A stretch of DNA of 64,000 nucleotides from Octopus vulgaris (lineage: Eukaryota): contig OX597820.1 in assembly GCA_951406725.2 (NCBI GenBank), positions 116,250,001 through 116,314,000 on the forward strand, given 5' to 3'. The translations under genes were made by a program, and so were the position numbers. The number at the start of each line of letters is the position of its first letter. The first letter of the stretch is position 1. Below the pieces are notes generated by a model. It was not told the origin of the DNA. It searched no databases and worked only from the letters and a program-made list of their open reading frames with translations. Positions 25,861 through 60,913 of this stretch are shown here, one piece after another.

Positions 25861-26563
25861 CCCTCATCTCAGTGGATTCTGGAAGCACAATGTGTGTGTG
25901 TGTGTGTGTGCACTAATTTCCTTCTCAAGGCATTCTCACCACCCATCATTTTTTTAATTGCAGTATTTTACTGCTGCAATTAAATGTGAGCAGATCTGCA
26001 GATTTCATTAACTTTTCATTGATATTATTATTCTTGAAACCCTGAAACCATTTCACTTGATAGACATCCTTCATCCTTCATACTCTCCTCTCTCTTCTTA
26101 CATTCTCGTCCTTCCTCCATCTTTTGTATCATTATTACTGTTCTGCTGCCCTTCAACTCCTACCCCCTGTACTGCCAGTCATTTCCTGTTCTCCCCTCTC
26201 ATGTGTACCATTAAATCACCCCCATCATTTATTCGCTCCTCAACCCTGTCCAATCTTTATGTTGTCCCCATCTCTTCTTTACCATCCCTCAACACTTTCT
26301 CTTCTTTCTATTCATCCTTCCCCTCCCCTCCCTTCCCCATCTCCCACTCTCCCATACATTCAACCTTGACCTCCCCGTTCCCCTATTCCCAATCACCACT
26401 GGTCACTTTGTTTCTTGGTGTAATCTGATATTTCATCGTTATTTTCATCCCCTTCTTTCCAGCTTCACCCTACTTTCATCCCCTCATCTATAATGTGAGT
26501 AGCAACATAGTTGCTCTACAGCAAAAAACCTTGTGTTCTGGCCCCTTCTCTCTCTCTCTTTAA

Positions 26564-27179
26564 CCCTTTCTTTACCAACCTGGATGAAACTGGCTGAGTA
26601 CAAATGCCTTACACTTTACTCTTTTACTTGTTTCAGTCATTTGACTGCGGCCATGCTGGAGCACCACCTTTAATCGAGCAACTCGACCCCGGGACTTATT
26701 CTTTTGTAAGCCCAGTACTTATTCTATCGGTCTCTTTTGCCGAACCGCTAAGTAACGGGGACGTAAACACACCAGCATCGGTTGTCAAGCAATGCTAGGG
26801 GAACAAACACAGACACACAAACACACACACATATATATATACATATATACAACGGGCTTCTTTCAGTTTCCATCTACCAAATCCACTCACAAGGCATTGG
26901 TCGGCCCGGGGCTATAGCAGAAGACACTTGCCCAAGGTGCCATGCAGTGGGACTGAACCCGGAACCATGTGGTTGGTTAGCAAGCTACTTACCACACAGC
27001 CACTCTTGCGCCTTGTTTTCATAAGTTTTGAATTAAAATCTTCCACCAAACCTTAGTCACAATTTATGTTCCTAACACTAGCTGAATGATAACTAAGTTA
27101 TTTTACTAAATTCTTTGTTATATTTAAAGTAATTGAAAGAAACGCAGAACATCTCAAAATAAATACAGTAACGAAAGGG
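26564..27179 (-). mobile_element. Second copy of the piggyBac-type MITE (with SINE A insertion)
   Basis: Reverse complement of 2360-2580 internal sequence; TTAA flanks. Confidence 0.8.
26615..27012 (-). mobile_element. SINE family A inserted in a piggyBac-type MITE
   Basis: Matches family A; host MITE resumes on both sides. Confidence 0.88.
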
Positions 27180-27599
27180 TTAATTCCTCATCTCCTAGTA
27201 CAAAGCCTTCTCCCTCTCCATTGTAGTTCCACTCAATCAAAGATAATCTTAGTCTTGCAAGCTGCATGGCCACCTCACTAGTGCTGGTGCCACATAAAAA
27301 TCACCCAGTACACTCTGTAAAGTGGTTGGTATCAGGAAGGACACCAAGTTGTGAGAATCATGATAGGGCAGATATTGGAGCTTGATGCAGGAACTGGACC
27401 CATCAGATACCTGTCAAACTGTCTACCCAGAGCCAGCATGGAACATGGCTGTTAAATGATCATCATTGTGTGTGTGTGTGTGTGTGTGCATAAAATATGA
27501 GAAGAGCTACCATCAATAGTTTATGCTTTTGACCAGATTGTTCTCTTGACCAAAGCTGACCTGGGGCTGAACTACATTGCTATTCTCTATTGTATGATA

Positions 27600-27922
27600 C
27601 ATCATCATCATCATCATTGTTTAACGTTCGTTTTCCATGCTAGCATGGGTTGGATGGTTCGACTGGGGTCTGGGATGCCAGGAGGCTGCACCAGGCTCCA
27701 ATCTGATCTGGCAGTGTTTCTACAGCTGGATGCCCTTCCTAACGCCAACCACTCCATGAGTGTAGTGGGTGCTTTTTATGTGCCACTGGCACCGGGGCCA
27801 GAGGAGGCTGGCAACGGCCATGATCGGCTGGTGCTTTTTATGTGCCACCGGCACAGAAGCCAGTCAAGGCAGTGCTGGCATCGGCCACATTCGGGTGGTG
27901 CTTTTTACATGCCACCGGCACG
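27600..27922 (-). mobile_element. RTE 3' UTR copy
   Basis: Same family sequence. Confidence 0.8.
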
Positions 27923-28439
27923 GTTAAAATATTTTGTTTCAGTAATTTCTGTTAAAAGACTCAAATTTAAGATGTTACTAATCCCTATGGGTGCAGTGAG
28001 ATGGAAGCCAGGAAGGTCGACAGGATTGTGTTTATTTGTGTGACTTTATGATCCTGAAGTTCTGGTTTCAATCTCAATGTGTGGCATCATAAGCAAGGGT
28101 CCCACAGTTAAAATTGGGGAGATGGAGACTGTTTAAGCTCAATAGATGAAGCCAACTTGTAAGACTTAGGGACAAGATTGTCACATTGAATCTGCCTGGG
28201 ATTATATTTAGGCACACAAGGACATGGCTGGGTGCTTCCAAACCATGTGGATTTGGGTTCAGTCACATCATGTGGCACCTTGGGCTAGTGTTTTCTTCTA
28301 TAATCTGTTGCTGACGAAAACCTTGTGAATGAATTTGGCAGATGAAAATTGAAAGAAGCTTTTATATATGCATGTGTATATGTTTGTGTGTATCCTTGTC
28401 TTGACGTCACGTGATGGTTGTAAATGAGGAAGGGAGGAA

Positions 28440-28816
28440 GCACTCCGTTGGTTGCGACGACAAGGGTTCCGGTTGATCCGATCAACGGAACAGCCTGCTC
28501 GTGAAATTAACGTGTAAGTGGCTGAGCACTCCACAGACACGTGCACCCTTAACGTAGTTCTCGGGGATATTCAGCGTGACACAGAGAGTGACACGGCCGG
28601 CCCTTTGAAATACAGGTACAACAGAAACAGGAAGTAAGAGTGAAAGAAAGTTGTGGTGAAAGAGTACAACAGGGATCACCACCATCCCCTGCCGGAACCT
28701 CGTGGAGCTTTAGGTGTTTTCGCTCAATAAACACTCACAACACCCGGTCTGGGAATTGAAACCGCGATCCTATGACTGTGAATCCGCTGCCCTAACCACT
28801 GGACCATTGCGCCTCC
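28440..28816 (-). mobile_element. SINE family C
   Basis: Reverse complement of 44582-44962. Confidence 0.85.
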
Positions 28817-29841
28817 GGTTGTAAATGAACATCCCTGTCAAACAAGTGAGGTTGTTTGTTTCCAGTCTTCCATGAATGACATGTCTGGACATGGGGGTTG
28901 GTGACAGGAAGGGCATCCAGGCTGTAGAAAATCTGCCTCCATGAATCCTGTCTGACTCATGCCAACATGGATCTTAAATGATGATGGTGGTGGTGGGAGT
29001 GGTGATAAGTGTTTGCCACATTAGAATACACTGAACGAGTGGGTATTGATTAGATAACCGCTTTGGCTTGTAGTTACAATGGTCAAATGCTGAGAAGACT
29101 CCTTCACTGAAACCAACATAAGATTGAATACTGGGGCAAAATGAGTTGAGGAGTTGATTTGTCACTTCATTGATTTAGGAAATCCTGTTTCGTGCAACAT
29201 TTGATTCTGTCCCTGGGTATCAATGCATGGCTGTGGGGTTCAGAAGTCCATTTTGTAATCATGCGGTTTTCAGTTCAATCCCACTGTGCGGCACCTTGGG
29301 CTGGTGTCTTCTACAATAGCCTCATGTTGAACAGTGCCTTTTGAATATATTGGCAGATAGAAACTGTGTGGAAGCCTGGTGTGTGTGTGTGGTTACCTGT
29401 GCAGGTAGCACATAAAAAGTACCATTTGAGCATGGTCAATGCCAGTGCCACCTGACTGGCCCCTGTGCTGGTGGCACGTAAAAAGCACCAACTTGGAGTG
29501 GTTGGTTTTAGGAAGGGCATCTAGCTGTAGAAATCTTGCCAGATCAGACTGGAGCCTGGTGCAGCCCCCAGTCAAACCACCCAACCCATGCCAGCATAGA
29601 AAGTGGATGTGAAACGATGATGATGATATACATACGTGTGTGCTTGTCCCCCACCCCAACCACTGTTTGATTTGTCTCTGTCCCTGTAACTTAGCAGTTC
29701 AACAAAGAAACAAACAGAAAAGTATCAAACTTAAAAATAAGTGCCGTTCTTCAAGGTGGTGCCCCAGCATGGCCGCAGCCCAATGATTGAAACAAGTAAT
29801 AGATATATACATGTATGTGTGGGTGTGTGAACATATATAAC

Positions 29842-30659
29842 GGATCTTTTCGGTTTGAACGGCAGTTTTTTCTCGCGGTGTCATATGAAATTGTCACCCA
29901 TAATTATGACCCTAGTATCGATCTATTGCATTTCAATCTGTTTTAGGGTTAGGGGTGGGGGGAAGGGTGTCTTTTTTTTTTTCAGAAATGTAAATAAACC
30001 CAACCTGTTTCTTAAACGAGGGACATATTCATACGGCACAGAATGTTTTCACCTCAATAGACGCCATTGATTGGTTGAAATTGCTGAAATGCAAGAAATT
30101 AAAGACCAAATATCTTACAAACTATAGAATTTTCTCAATAAAGCCAAGAGAAAAAAGATGTTTTATAAACACATTCTACCAGAATACGAAGTTTAAAAGT
30201 GTTTAGTTATACTCTTTTACTTGTTTCAGTCATTTGACTGCGGCCATGCTGGAGCACCGCCTTTAGTCGAGCAAATCGACCCCGGGACTTATTCTTTGTA
30301 AGCCCAGTACTTATTCTATCGGTCTCTCTTTTGCCGAACCGCTAAGTGACGGGGACGTAAACACACCAGCATCAGTTCTCAAGCAATGCTAGAGGGACAA
30401 ACACAGACACACAAACATATACATACACATACATATATATACATATATACGACAGGCTTCTTTCAGTTTCCGTCTACCAAATCCACTCACAAGGCATTGG
30501 TCGGCCCGAGGCTATAGCAGAAGACACTTGCCCAAGATGCCACACAGTGGGACTGAACCCATAACCATGTGGTTGGTAGGCAAGCTACTTACCACACAGC
30601 CATTCCTGCGCCTATGTGGAAATTATTTTAAAAAACTGCCGTTCAAACCGAAAAGATCC
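29842..30659 (+). mobile_element. Same MITE carrying a SINE A insertion
   Basis: Same TIRs; TSD tatataac at 29834-29841 and 30660-30667. Confidence 0.9.
30211..30612 (-). mobile_element. SINE family A inserted in a Merlin-type MITE
   Basis: Matches family A. Confidence 0.88.
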
Positions 30660-31940
30660 TATATAACTCCTTCTGTCAAACAAGTAGGAAATTTGCCAGT
30701 ATTGACTCTGTTTTGGGGGACTCAATCTGGGAATGTTACCTACGGCCTTGGTGGTGATTCCATTTCCTGTTCAGAAGGAGAAATACCTACATCCTGTTTA
30801 CGCACAACTCTGTCATATTCTGCAGCTTATTTTATAAGCTGCCTCGGCAACATTTAATAAATCATTGTACAGGATGTGTTTCAGGTGATTCTGGTGACCA
30901 AAACTCATGTTGCTCAATGGCCATGCTCCAATGAACAGCACAGATGCTTATAGAGAAGTGATTATCAATTCAATAGCTTTCAAGTGCAAAAAAAAAGAAG
31001 GCCCTAAAAATAGCTTTTATCTGTTTAATAATATATATTTTTCAGTTGTTGTTTTGTGTTTGTCTCACGCGCTCAAGGTCATTGACTGCTGCTGCTGCTG
31101 CCGTTGCTGGTGGTGGTCTAGGAAGGAAGTGTTGTTGGCTTGGTTTCAATATGTTTCATGTATTTTTACTTTTGTATATTTAGTTTTTTTTTGTTTCTTA
31201 ATGTTAATTGTTATTTTGCGTGGTTGAGTCATCACGTTACTCCATTTAATATCATTTACTGTCCCTTTGTAGAGTTCCCTCTATTATAAACGTTTGGATC
31301 CAGCTCCCAGTAGGAATTACGCCTATCATCACCTCATAACACATTGGCATATTCTACACATTCCTAGATGTCAAAATTTACCACCAAAGCAACAGGAGAT
31401 TTCTCCCCACCTCTAATATCTGTGGAATCCAATCCAATTTGGGACAGGCACATTACCACTTATATCATGCAATCCTCCTGCCTTATTCTCCTCCCTCAAA
31501 CGTCTCACCTTTTATCGTCCATCTCTGCTGTCCAGCTTACACCTCTATATTCAAACTCCGCTTTAAAAGGGTAGTATCTGTGCACATGTGTAGACACCAC
31601 TCTTTCTGTTGCTCACCTGTAAGAGAGTAACCTCAAAGTCACCTGAATTCCCTCACCTGCAAATGAGAAACCCTGTAATGGCCTAGCATTCCATTCAGGG
31701 GGAATGTTGGGATTTTGGCCATTTAATATGTCATGGAAACTGGGTGACTGGCCCTATGATTCTAAAGGCTTGAGACAGTAATGTCCTGGGGCTTGAGGCT
31801 GATGATGTCACTCACCTCACACCTGGATAATCAGTAACAAAGACTTCAACTGAATTTCTTCCTCCCATTTTTTCTAAATATATCAAAGTCACCACATCTA
31901 TTTGGTTACCAATCTACATGCAGGTGAACACAGCTTCGGT

Positions 31941-32680
31941 CATCTAGTTGTGGGTAGCGACAGCCTTGGTCATCCAGTTGCTGGTACCGACAGCCTTGGT
32001 CATCCAGTTGCTGGTAGCGACAGCCTCTGTCATCCAGTTGCTGGTAGCGACAGCTTCTGTCATCCAGTTGCTGGTAGCGACAGCCTCTGTCATCTAGTTG
32101 CTGGTAGCGACAGCCTCTGTCATCCAGTTGCTGGTAGCGACAGCCTCTGTCATCCAGTTGCTGGTAGCGACAGCCTCTGTCATCCAGTTGCTGGTAGCGA
32201 CAGCCTCTGTCATCCAGTTGCTGGTAGCGACAGCCTCTGTCATCCAGTTGCTGGTAGCGACAGCCTCTGTCATCCAGTTGCTGGTAGCGACAGCCTCTGT
32301 CATCCAGTTGCTGGTAGCGACAGCCTCTGTCATCCAGTTGCTGGTAGCGACAGCCTCTGTCATCCAGTTGCTGGTAGCGACAGCCTCTGTCATCCAGTTG
32401 CTGGTAGCGACAGCCTCTGTCATCCAGTTGCTGGTAGCGACAGCCTCGGTCATCCAGTTGCTGGTAGCGACAGCCTCGGTCATCCAGTTGCTGGTAGCGA
32501 CAGCCTCGGTCATCCAGTTGCTGGTAGCGACAGCCTCGGTCATCTAGGAGCTAGTGGCAAGAGTCTTCGCTGTCTATTTGCTTACGATATTAATCTTGGG
32601 CATGTACTTGCTAGCGCCAGGAATCTTGTCCCTCTATTTGCTAGTGGCCTCAGCCACCTGGTAGCTAGTGGCAGTGACTT
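31941..32680. repeat. 30-bp minisatellite: 20 near-perfect units (31941-32540) plus degenerate units
   Basis: Unit catccagttgctggtagcgacagcctctgt. Confidence 0.95.
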
Positions 32681-32940
32681 GACAGTGACAGTCATCTCAG
32701 TTGAGAATGAAAGTGAGACTATATTTTTTAGAGACGAAAATCTGCACAGAGGGAACTTGTTAGGGAAGGTATAAATCCCGAAGCCCCTTCTGACTTGAAT
32801 GACTTGTCAAGTGGTATTTTTCGTTTATGGCAGAAAGCCAAGATCTCACGAGTGGGGCGCTGCAAACAGCTTAAGGGCCTTCTGTCCCCAGACAAAAGAG
32901 AGACAATGTAACTGCCTCTGTTGTCAGGATATAAACACAA

Positions 32941-33641
32941 CCGAGAGGACCGATCAGGTAAAGGACCTGGGTATCTTGGTGGATTCCTCCTTTTCGCCTT
33001 CGGCCCAGTGCGTCCATGCTGCCAACAAAGCGCGCGGAATTCTGTTTTTGATTCGACGGTCATTCGGAATGCTCACAGCAGCCATATTCCTACCACTCTA
33101 TGTCACGCTGGTGAGACCCATATTGGAGTACGGGATTCAAGCCTCTTCTCCTTATCTCCTCAAAGACATACAGCATCTCGAAAGAGTCCAGAAGCTGGCT
33201 ACCCGCATGGTTCATGGTCTCAAAAATTTGTCCTACGAAGAAAGGCTGAGGACGCTCGACCTTTATTCTCTTGAAAAACGCCGCCGCCGTGGTGATCTCA
33301 TTCTCGCCCACAACATCATAAGCGGGAAGTGTAACCTCTCGAAAGAGCTGTTCTTCACTCCTGCTCCGGAGCGTCGGCTGCGGGGTCATTCCGAAAAGCT
33401 CTACCTGCGACGATTTCATCTCAATCGAAGGAGAGGAGCTTTCTCCGTCCGGGTTGCGGATCCGTGGAACAAGCTGCCAGGCGAGATGGTGAAGATGCCG
33501 ACGACCGCTTTGTTGAAAGCCTCCCTGGACCTCAAGTGGCCTGAACACTTTACATGAACACCACCCTGTACTTAACTCCATGTCCCCCTACATGGCCTTG
33601 CTATTTGCTTTTGAGCCAAATTAACAAACTAACTAACTAAC
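32941..33641 (+). mobile_element. 5'-truncated CR1-group LINE, intact ORF2 C-terminus plus 3' UTR and (AACT)n tail
   Basis: KDLGILVD...LYVTLVRPILEY...LERVQKLATR...YEERLRTLDLYSLEKRRRRGDLI...LRGH...FSVRVADPWNKLP, stop at 33557; ends aacaaactaactaactaac. Confidence 0.9.
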
Positions 33642-33704
33642 AACAGAACACTAACCACAGCAGAATGTTGTCACAGCGTTAGCAGCAGCAATAACAGCAA
33701 AACT

Positions 33705-33893
33705 ATTCTTTTATTCTTTTATTTGTTTCAGTCATTTGACTGCGGCCATGCTGGAGCACCGCCTTTAGTCGAGCAAATCGACCCCAGGACTTATTTTTTG
33801 TAAGCCCAGTACTTATTCTATCGGTCTCTCTTGCCGAACTGCTAAGTTACGGGGATGTAAACACACCAGCATCGGTTGTCAAGCGATGCTGAG

Positions 33894-33959
<66 letters not shown>

Positions 33960-34120
33960 CGACGGGCTTCTTTCAGTTTCCGTCTACCAAATCCACTCAC
34001 AAGTCTTTGGTCAACTCAAGGCTATAGTAGAAGATCCCACTTGCCCAAGGTGCCACACAGTGGGACTGAACCCGGAACCATATGGTTGGTAAGCAAGCTA
34101 CTTACCACACAGCCACTCCT
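33705..34120 (-). mobile_element. SINE family A
   Basis: Matches family A. Confidence 0.88.
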
Positions 34121-34822
34121 GAGAAAAATCTAGAAAAATAATTTTTTGTGAATTTAAATTTAGCAAAACGCGAAATGAAACAAAACGAAACAAAAAATAT
34201 GCCGATAAGAAGTTTTATTTCTGGCGCAAAATAATTGTAAAATATAAAAATAATAATTTGAGAATTTCTTGTAACATTATATGAAGGAAAACGAAGCTAT
34301 ATTTTACCCAAGTAATAAATGCGGTTCGTAGCGCCGGGAATGACGACCAAAGGGCTATGATTTCAGGATGTCTAAATCACGGATCACCTGGACAAATATT
34401 TCTGGCGTTTCGTTGTATTGCAAGGGGTTGTGTACGTTATTTTATATTACTTATAGTTCACCGACTTCGTAGTCGGAAATAGGCGGTCGATCGTTTGGGA
34501 ATGTTATCTGAAAGAGACTGGTAGCCTGTCCACAGAAGGAAAGACAGAGAGAGAGAGAGAGGTAATTGTACTTTCTCAGCAGCTTCCTGTCATGAAATCG
34601 AAGCTTAAGCTCTGATTTTCTAGAAGCCATTTCAAAGTCACCTCGTTTACAAAAATAAATAAAAACACAATTTTTGCAAATTGTAAATTCTTCAGTTATT
34701 CATCCTTTAATGCCTGTCAAATGTAAAACTCTTGTCAAAGATTGACATTCATTTCCAGAGCATTAAGCAAACCTTCGTAACTGAAATCCTGACGGTGGTG
34801 TCGCAGCGTCTGAAGATATCAT

Positions 34823-56167
<21,345 letters not shown>

Positions 56168-58293
56168 TGCTGACTGCTGTGTGCAGGAAGTCTTTACAGA
56201 TAGAATCTCAATCGATATAGCGATAATTCTATTAGTTCAGAGAAGAAGTAAATAAAGGATCGATCCCCATGGGTGGTATCTTGCTGCTTTACACATGGAG
56301 AAGGAATTCTGAAATAAATAAAATAAAATAATTATAAGTATAATGAATCTTTTAGGAAGCAAATATACTTCGATTATAAATATATTATAGAACAATAATT
56401 CAAATATGAATTTGAAGCAGCGCTAGAGTTGCAAACATTATCGAACACACAAACACAACGAACGGGATTAACTTGCTCGTCGGCGCTTTAGACAAGTGGG
56501 GATGAATCCCTCAAAGCACCTGTCTCACCTGTTTGTGATTTTCAGGTGTTTTAACACCCGGCGCTATAACAGAGTCATCCCCACCGCGCGCTAAATTGCA
56601 AAACACATACATCGAATGTATGTGTTCAATAAGGTTTGCATCAATAATTATATAAAATAAGTTAATAGAACAATAATTATAGAAATAATTTGTTTCCTTT
56701 TTATTCAAGAATTTCGAAACTTCATTAAATTAAAAGATTATTTATAGACGCTCACTTTGCAACAATATGGTTTTAAGTTCAATCCCACCGTACAGCATCT
56801 CCAGCAAGTGTCTTATACTACAGCCCCGGACCGACCAATATCTTGCGAGTGAATTTGGCTGACGGAAACTGTATGGAAGCCCGTCATATATGTATGAGTG
56901 TGTGTGTCTTTGTGTGTTTTTGTATTTGTCCCTTCTCCCCCTCTCTACTGCTAGACCGTCGGTACTGGTTTATTTACGTCCCGGTAACTTAGCACTTCGG
57001 CAAGAAGAGAACGATAGGATAAGTAACAAACTTCAAAAAAGAAAAAAAAAAAACAGAGAAAAATAAAAATGCTTCAGCCATGTCCGTCCCAAGTCTTGTT
57101 TTATAAGAGTCCTTTTCGGAGATTTTGCTGCTATTTCTAATGACTTGAGAAAGATTTCGTTGTGTACCTATAAAAAATCTGGTTTTCCATTTAGCTATCA
57201 CGGAGTTTCCAGAGTTATAGAACGCTTTCGGCCACAAGGAGACGGAATAAAACTGGTGGAACTTGATTAGTTTAGCTAGTTTGAAGTAGTTGGGTTCAGA
57301 AATTAGCGATAATTGTGCAGCAGGATTATGTAAAGTGGACAGAACTAATTAATCTGTAGAGGACGAAGAAAAAGAAGCTAGATAATATCTATGGTTATGT
57401 TGCTTTTTGTTCCAACTGAGATCAGACAAGAGTGCAGGTGACCGAGTCAAGTTTTGCTGTTCGTACAAAGGCGGTAATGAATCGTGTCGACATAGTTAAT
57501 ACTCAAATGATGAATGCACTCCATCTAACTTGTAAATAAGTACTGCATGATATAGCTTGGCTTCCCCAAGTTAGACACAAAGTGGGAGTCTCTTGTGGTG
57601 CAACTTATTACCCTCTCCCCACCAGCGCTCCAAATTATAATACTTGCAAAATAAGGGAACTTAAACAACTAACGGGAGCTGGTGGCGCCTAGTTGGATTA
57701 AAATAAGATAAAAATCCCATGTGGTTGAGTAGGGAAGTTCTTAATCCCATAGGTGACATGTTGATAAAATGGATGAAGATCAAGATCTGTGTTCCAAAAC
57801 ACAGGTAAGTCAAAGGTAAGTTTTTCCGCTTGTAGAAGAGAACCTGGCATTGCAAACCAACAAAACACTCGTCAATTTTCCATTGCTACCGCTCCTTACA
57901 CCAGTTGATTGTTCCTCCCAGTTTACATATGGTTCCTATTTACAGGAAAGTAAACTGGGTCTTTTAAGAATAAAGGCCTTGGCTGCAGACACAACACAAA
58001 ACTACTGCTTCGTTTTCAGTTACAGACCCACGCAGTCTTCTTTTCGCTTATATAAAAGAAACAATGTATTAAAAGAATTAAATATCTTTAATATAAAAAA
58101 TTTAATAGATCATTTGAAATTTTTAAATGAATTTAGATTAACTAATTTAAAATGTCGAGTTATATCGTGCTTTGTTACAGTTTCACTCATCATCAAAATG
58201 ACTTCTACTGAGATTCTTGTTAGTCACCCGGACACTCATCGCTGAGCACCCTGCGAACAAATTCATCGACCATTTTGGTTTAAAATGTCTAAC

Positions 58294-58333
<40 letters not shown>

Positions 58334-59235
58334 CAGTATAGTTAGGTCTGTACATATATGTTTATATATATGCATATGTTTTATTTATTAATATATTATA
58401 TGACGAAACGCATGCATCCCTTTTAAGTAAGAATGTTCTTGATATTAACTTTGATGCGCACTCTTAACCTTTCTGTCCCATCCCTTTCTCAGCCTTCATT
58501 CTTTGATTTCCTTTTCCTCTACTTAACTTGTCTGTCCCTCTCTCTCATTCTTCACTCTCTCTCTCTCTCCCCTCTTTCATTCTTCATGGTTTCCTCACAA
58601 CCATTCCCCTTCTTCTCTCCCTTTCTTTTGCTCCTCCCCCCTCTCGTCGTTGACCCGCAACGAGACTTCCGCTACTGTCTTTCTAGCCTAACCCTCTCGA
58701 GGTGTGGACGGCAATTCTTTTTGCTCCGTTCGTCGTTCACAAAAAAATCTGCGTTCGTAATACTTTTTCTCGTTCGGCGTTAACAGCCCTTCTTATCTTG
58801 TTTTTCCTTGTCCTGTCTTTTACAGTTTATAATTTGTACTGTCGTTACTGTCCTGTTTTTGTTACCATTTTTTACCCCTCTGCGAAAAGATCTCAAAATT
58901 TTAATTGATTTGCTTTTTGCAGGAAAGAAAGTTTCTTGTCGAAGATACGTCTCGCTTTCACCTTCGAAACGTAGAGTAGATGAAACCATAGCGACTGAAG
59001 AAGGGGTTTTTTCTTTGTGTTAATTGTCCTGTACTCTATTTTTTTGTTGTTTAAAAAAATGTCCAGTTCCTTGGGTTTGTGTCTATGTTTTCGTTTCTCA
59101 TTGTGTTCGACGTCTTTTTGGTGTCCTGTACTCATATATGCGTGTATATGTACATGTAGAGGTAGGTACGTAATATATGTTTATATATATGCATATGTTT
59201 TATTTATTAATATATATATGCATATGTTTTATTTA

Positions 59236-59278
<43 letters not shown>

Positions 59279-59610
59279 TAGCAGTAATACCCGTCGTTCA
59301 TCGGATAATTACTTTTACTCTTTCTCAGGAGTCAGATTCAAAGTATTATTATATATATAATAGATTTCTCAACGGGGATTTCAGTTTCAGGGGAGAGTTT
59401 CAGGGAGTCGCTGGCGATGTATCCGGCCTGCTAAAATTTGGTTAAAGTGATTCAAACTGCAGACTCAATGCAAAATGGTCACATTTAATTCATAGCGTTA
59501 AAGATGTTATGAAAACAATTGGTATGTGTTCACAAAGTTCAAACGATTAATACGAAAAAACCCTCCAGGCTACATCCCGGAAATTCATTTCTTTGCCGAA
59601 TTTCTACAAT

Positions 59611-59662
<52 letters not shown>

Positions 59663-59685
59663 AAGTTGGTGTGTGAAAGCACATG

Positions 59686-59736
<51 letters not shown>

Positions 59737-60306
59737 CAAATAAAAACAAGAAGAGGTAAGAAGCAAAGAGTTTAATATTCCCATATCTCATTTTTATTTG
59801 TTTATCTTATACTAAACAATGTAAATATTACTGTCTTCGGTTGCATAATGCGGTTAAATTACGCTGAAATTCAATTATCAGTGTGGTTTGATAGCCGGAA
59901 TCTCAGTTGGTGTGCTTACAACTGCTTCCATTTGACGATTATCTAACAAAAAACTTATATACATTCATGCTTTAGTTCTATTTTTTCTGGTTTCATCACC
60001 AAACCTATATACATATATGTATATAACACACACACATACACACACACACACACACATTTGTATATATGTGATTAATACATATTTTTATCACTCGCAGGAT
60101 TTGCATTGAGGGCTGTGCAGTAGCATAAATAATAACAAGATATTTAACGGCTCTCTACAGATTCGGACACTCACAAATTTATTCTAATTTTGGTAACATT
60201 GCTTTCTGACATAGACACAAGTCAAACATAAAAAAAAGTACACATCTTAGGAATGCTGAAAATCGATTAAATCAACCTCATTACTCGATCGGTATTTAAA
60301 TTTAAA

Positions 60307-60913
60307 GGCGGCGAGCTGACAGAAACGTTAGCACGCCGGGCGAACAGCGTAGCCGTATTTCGTCTGCCGTCTGCCGTTACGTTCTGAGTCCAAATTCCGC
60401 AGGGGTCGACTTTGCCTTTCATCCTTTCGGGGTCGATTAAATAAATACCAGTTACGCACTGGGGTCGATATAATCGACTTAATCCATTTGTCTGTCCTCG
60501 TTTGTTCCCTCTGTGTTTCGCCCCTTGTGGGTAGTAAAGAAATAGGTATTTCGTCTGCCGTTACGTTCTGAGTCCAAATTCCGCCGAGGTCGACTTTGCC
60601 TTTCATCCTTTCGGGGTCGATAAATTAAGTACCAGTTACGCACTGGGGTCGATATAATCGACTTAATCCGTTTGTCTGTCCTTGTTTGTTCCCTCTGTGT
60701 TTCGCCCCTTGTGGGTAGTAAAGAAATAGGTATTTCGTCTGCCGTTACGTTCTGAGTCCAAATTCCGCCGAGGTCGACTTTGCTTTTCATCCTTTCGGGG
60801 TCGATAAATTAAGTACCAGTTACGCACTGGGGTCGATATAATCGACTTAATCCGTTTGTCTGTCCTTGTTTGTCCTCTCTGTGTTTAGCCCCTTGTGGGT
60901 AGTAAAGAAATGG
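60307..60913 (+). mobile_element. SINE family B tandem trimer
   Basis: Three near-identical units, ~184-bp period. Confidence 0.9.

Noticed and set aside
30740-30960. Protein-like minus-strand stretch
   Set aside because: Needs a frameshift, has no recognisable homology and no convincing splice sites
32094-32547. MTEAVATSNW and LLVATASVIQ repeat ORFs
   Set aside because: Alternative frames of the 30-bp minisatellite, terminated by stops in variant units
58940-59010. Hammerhead-like pieces (gaaacgta, ctgaaga)
   Set aside because: Order and stems could not be assembled into a valid fold by eye
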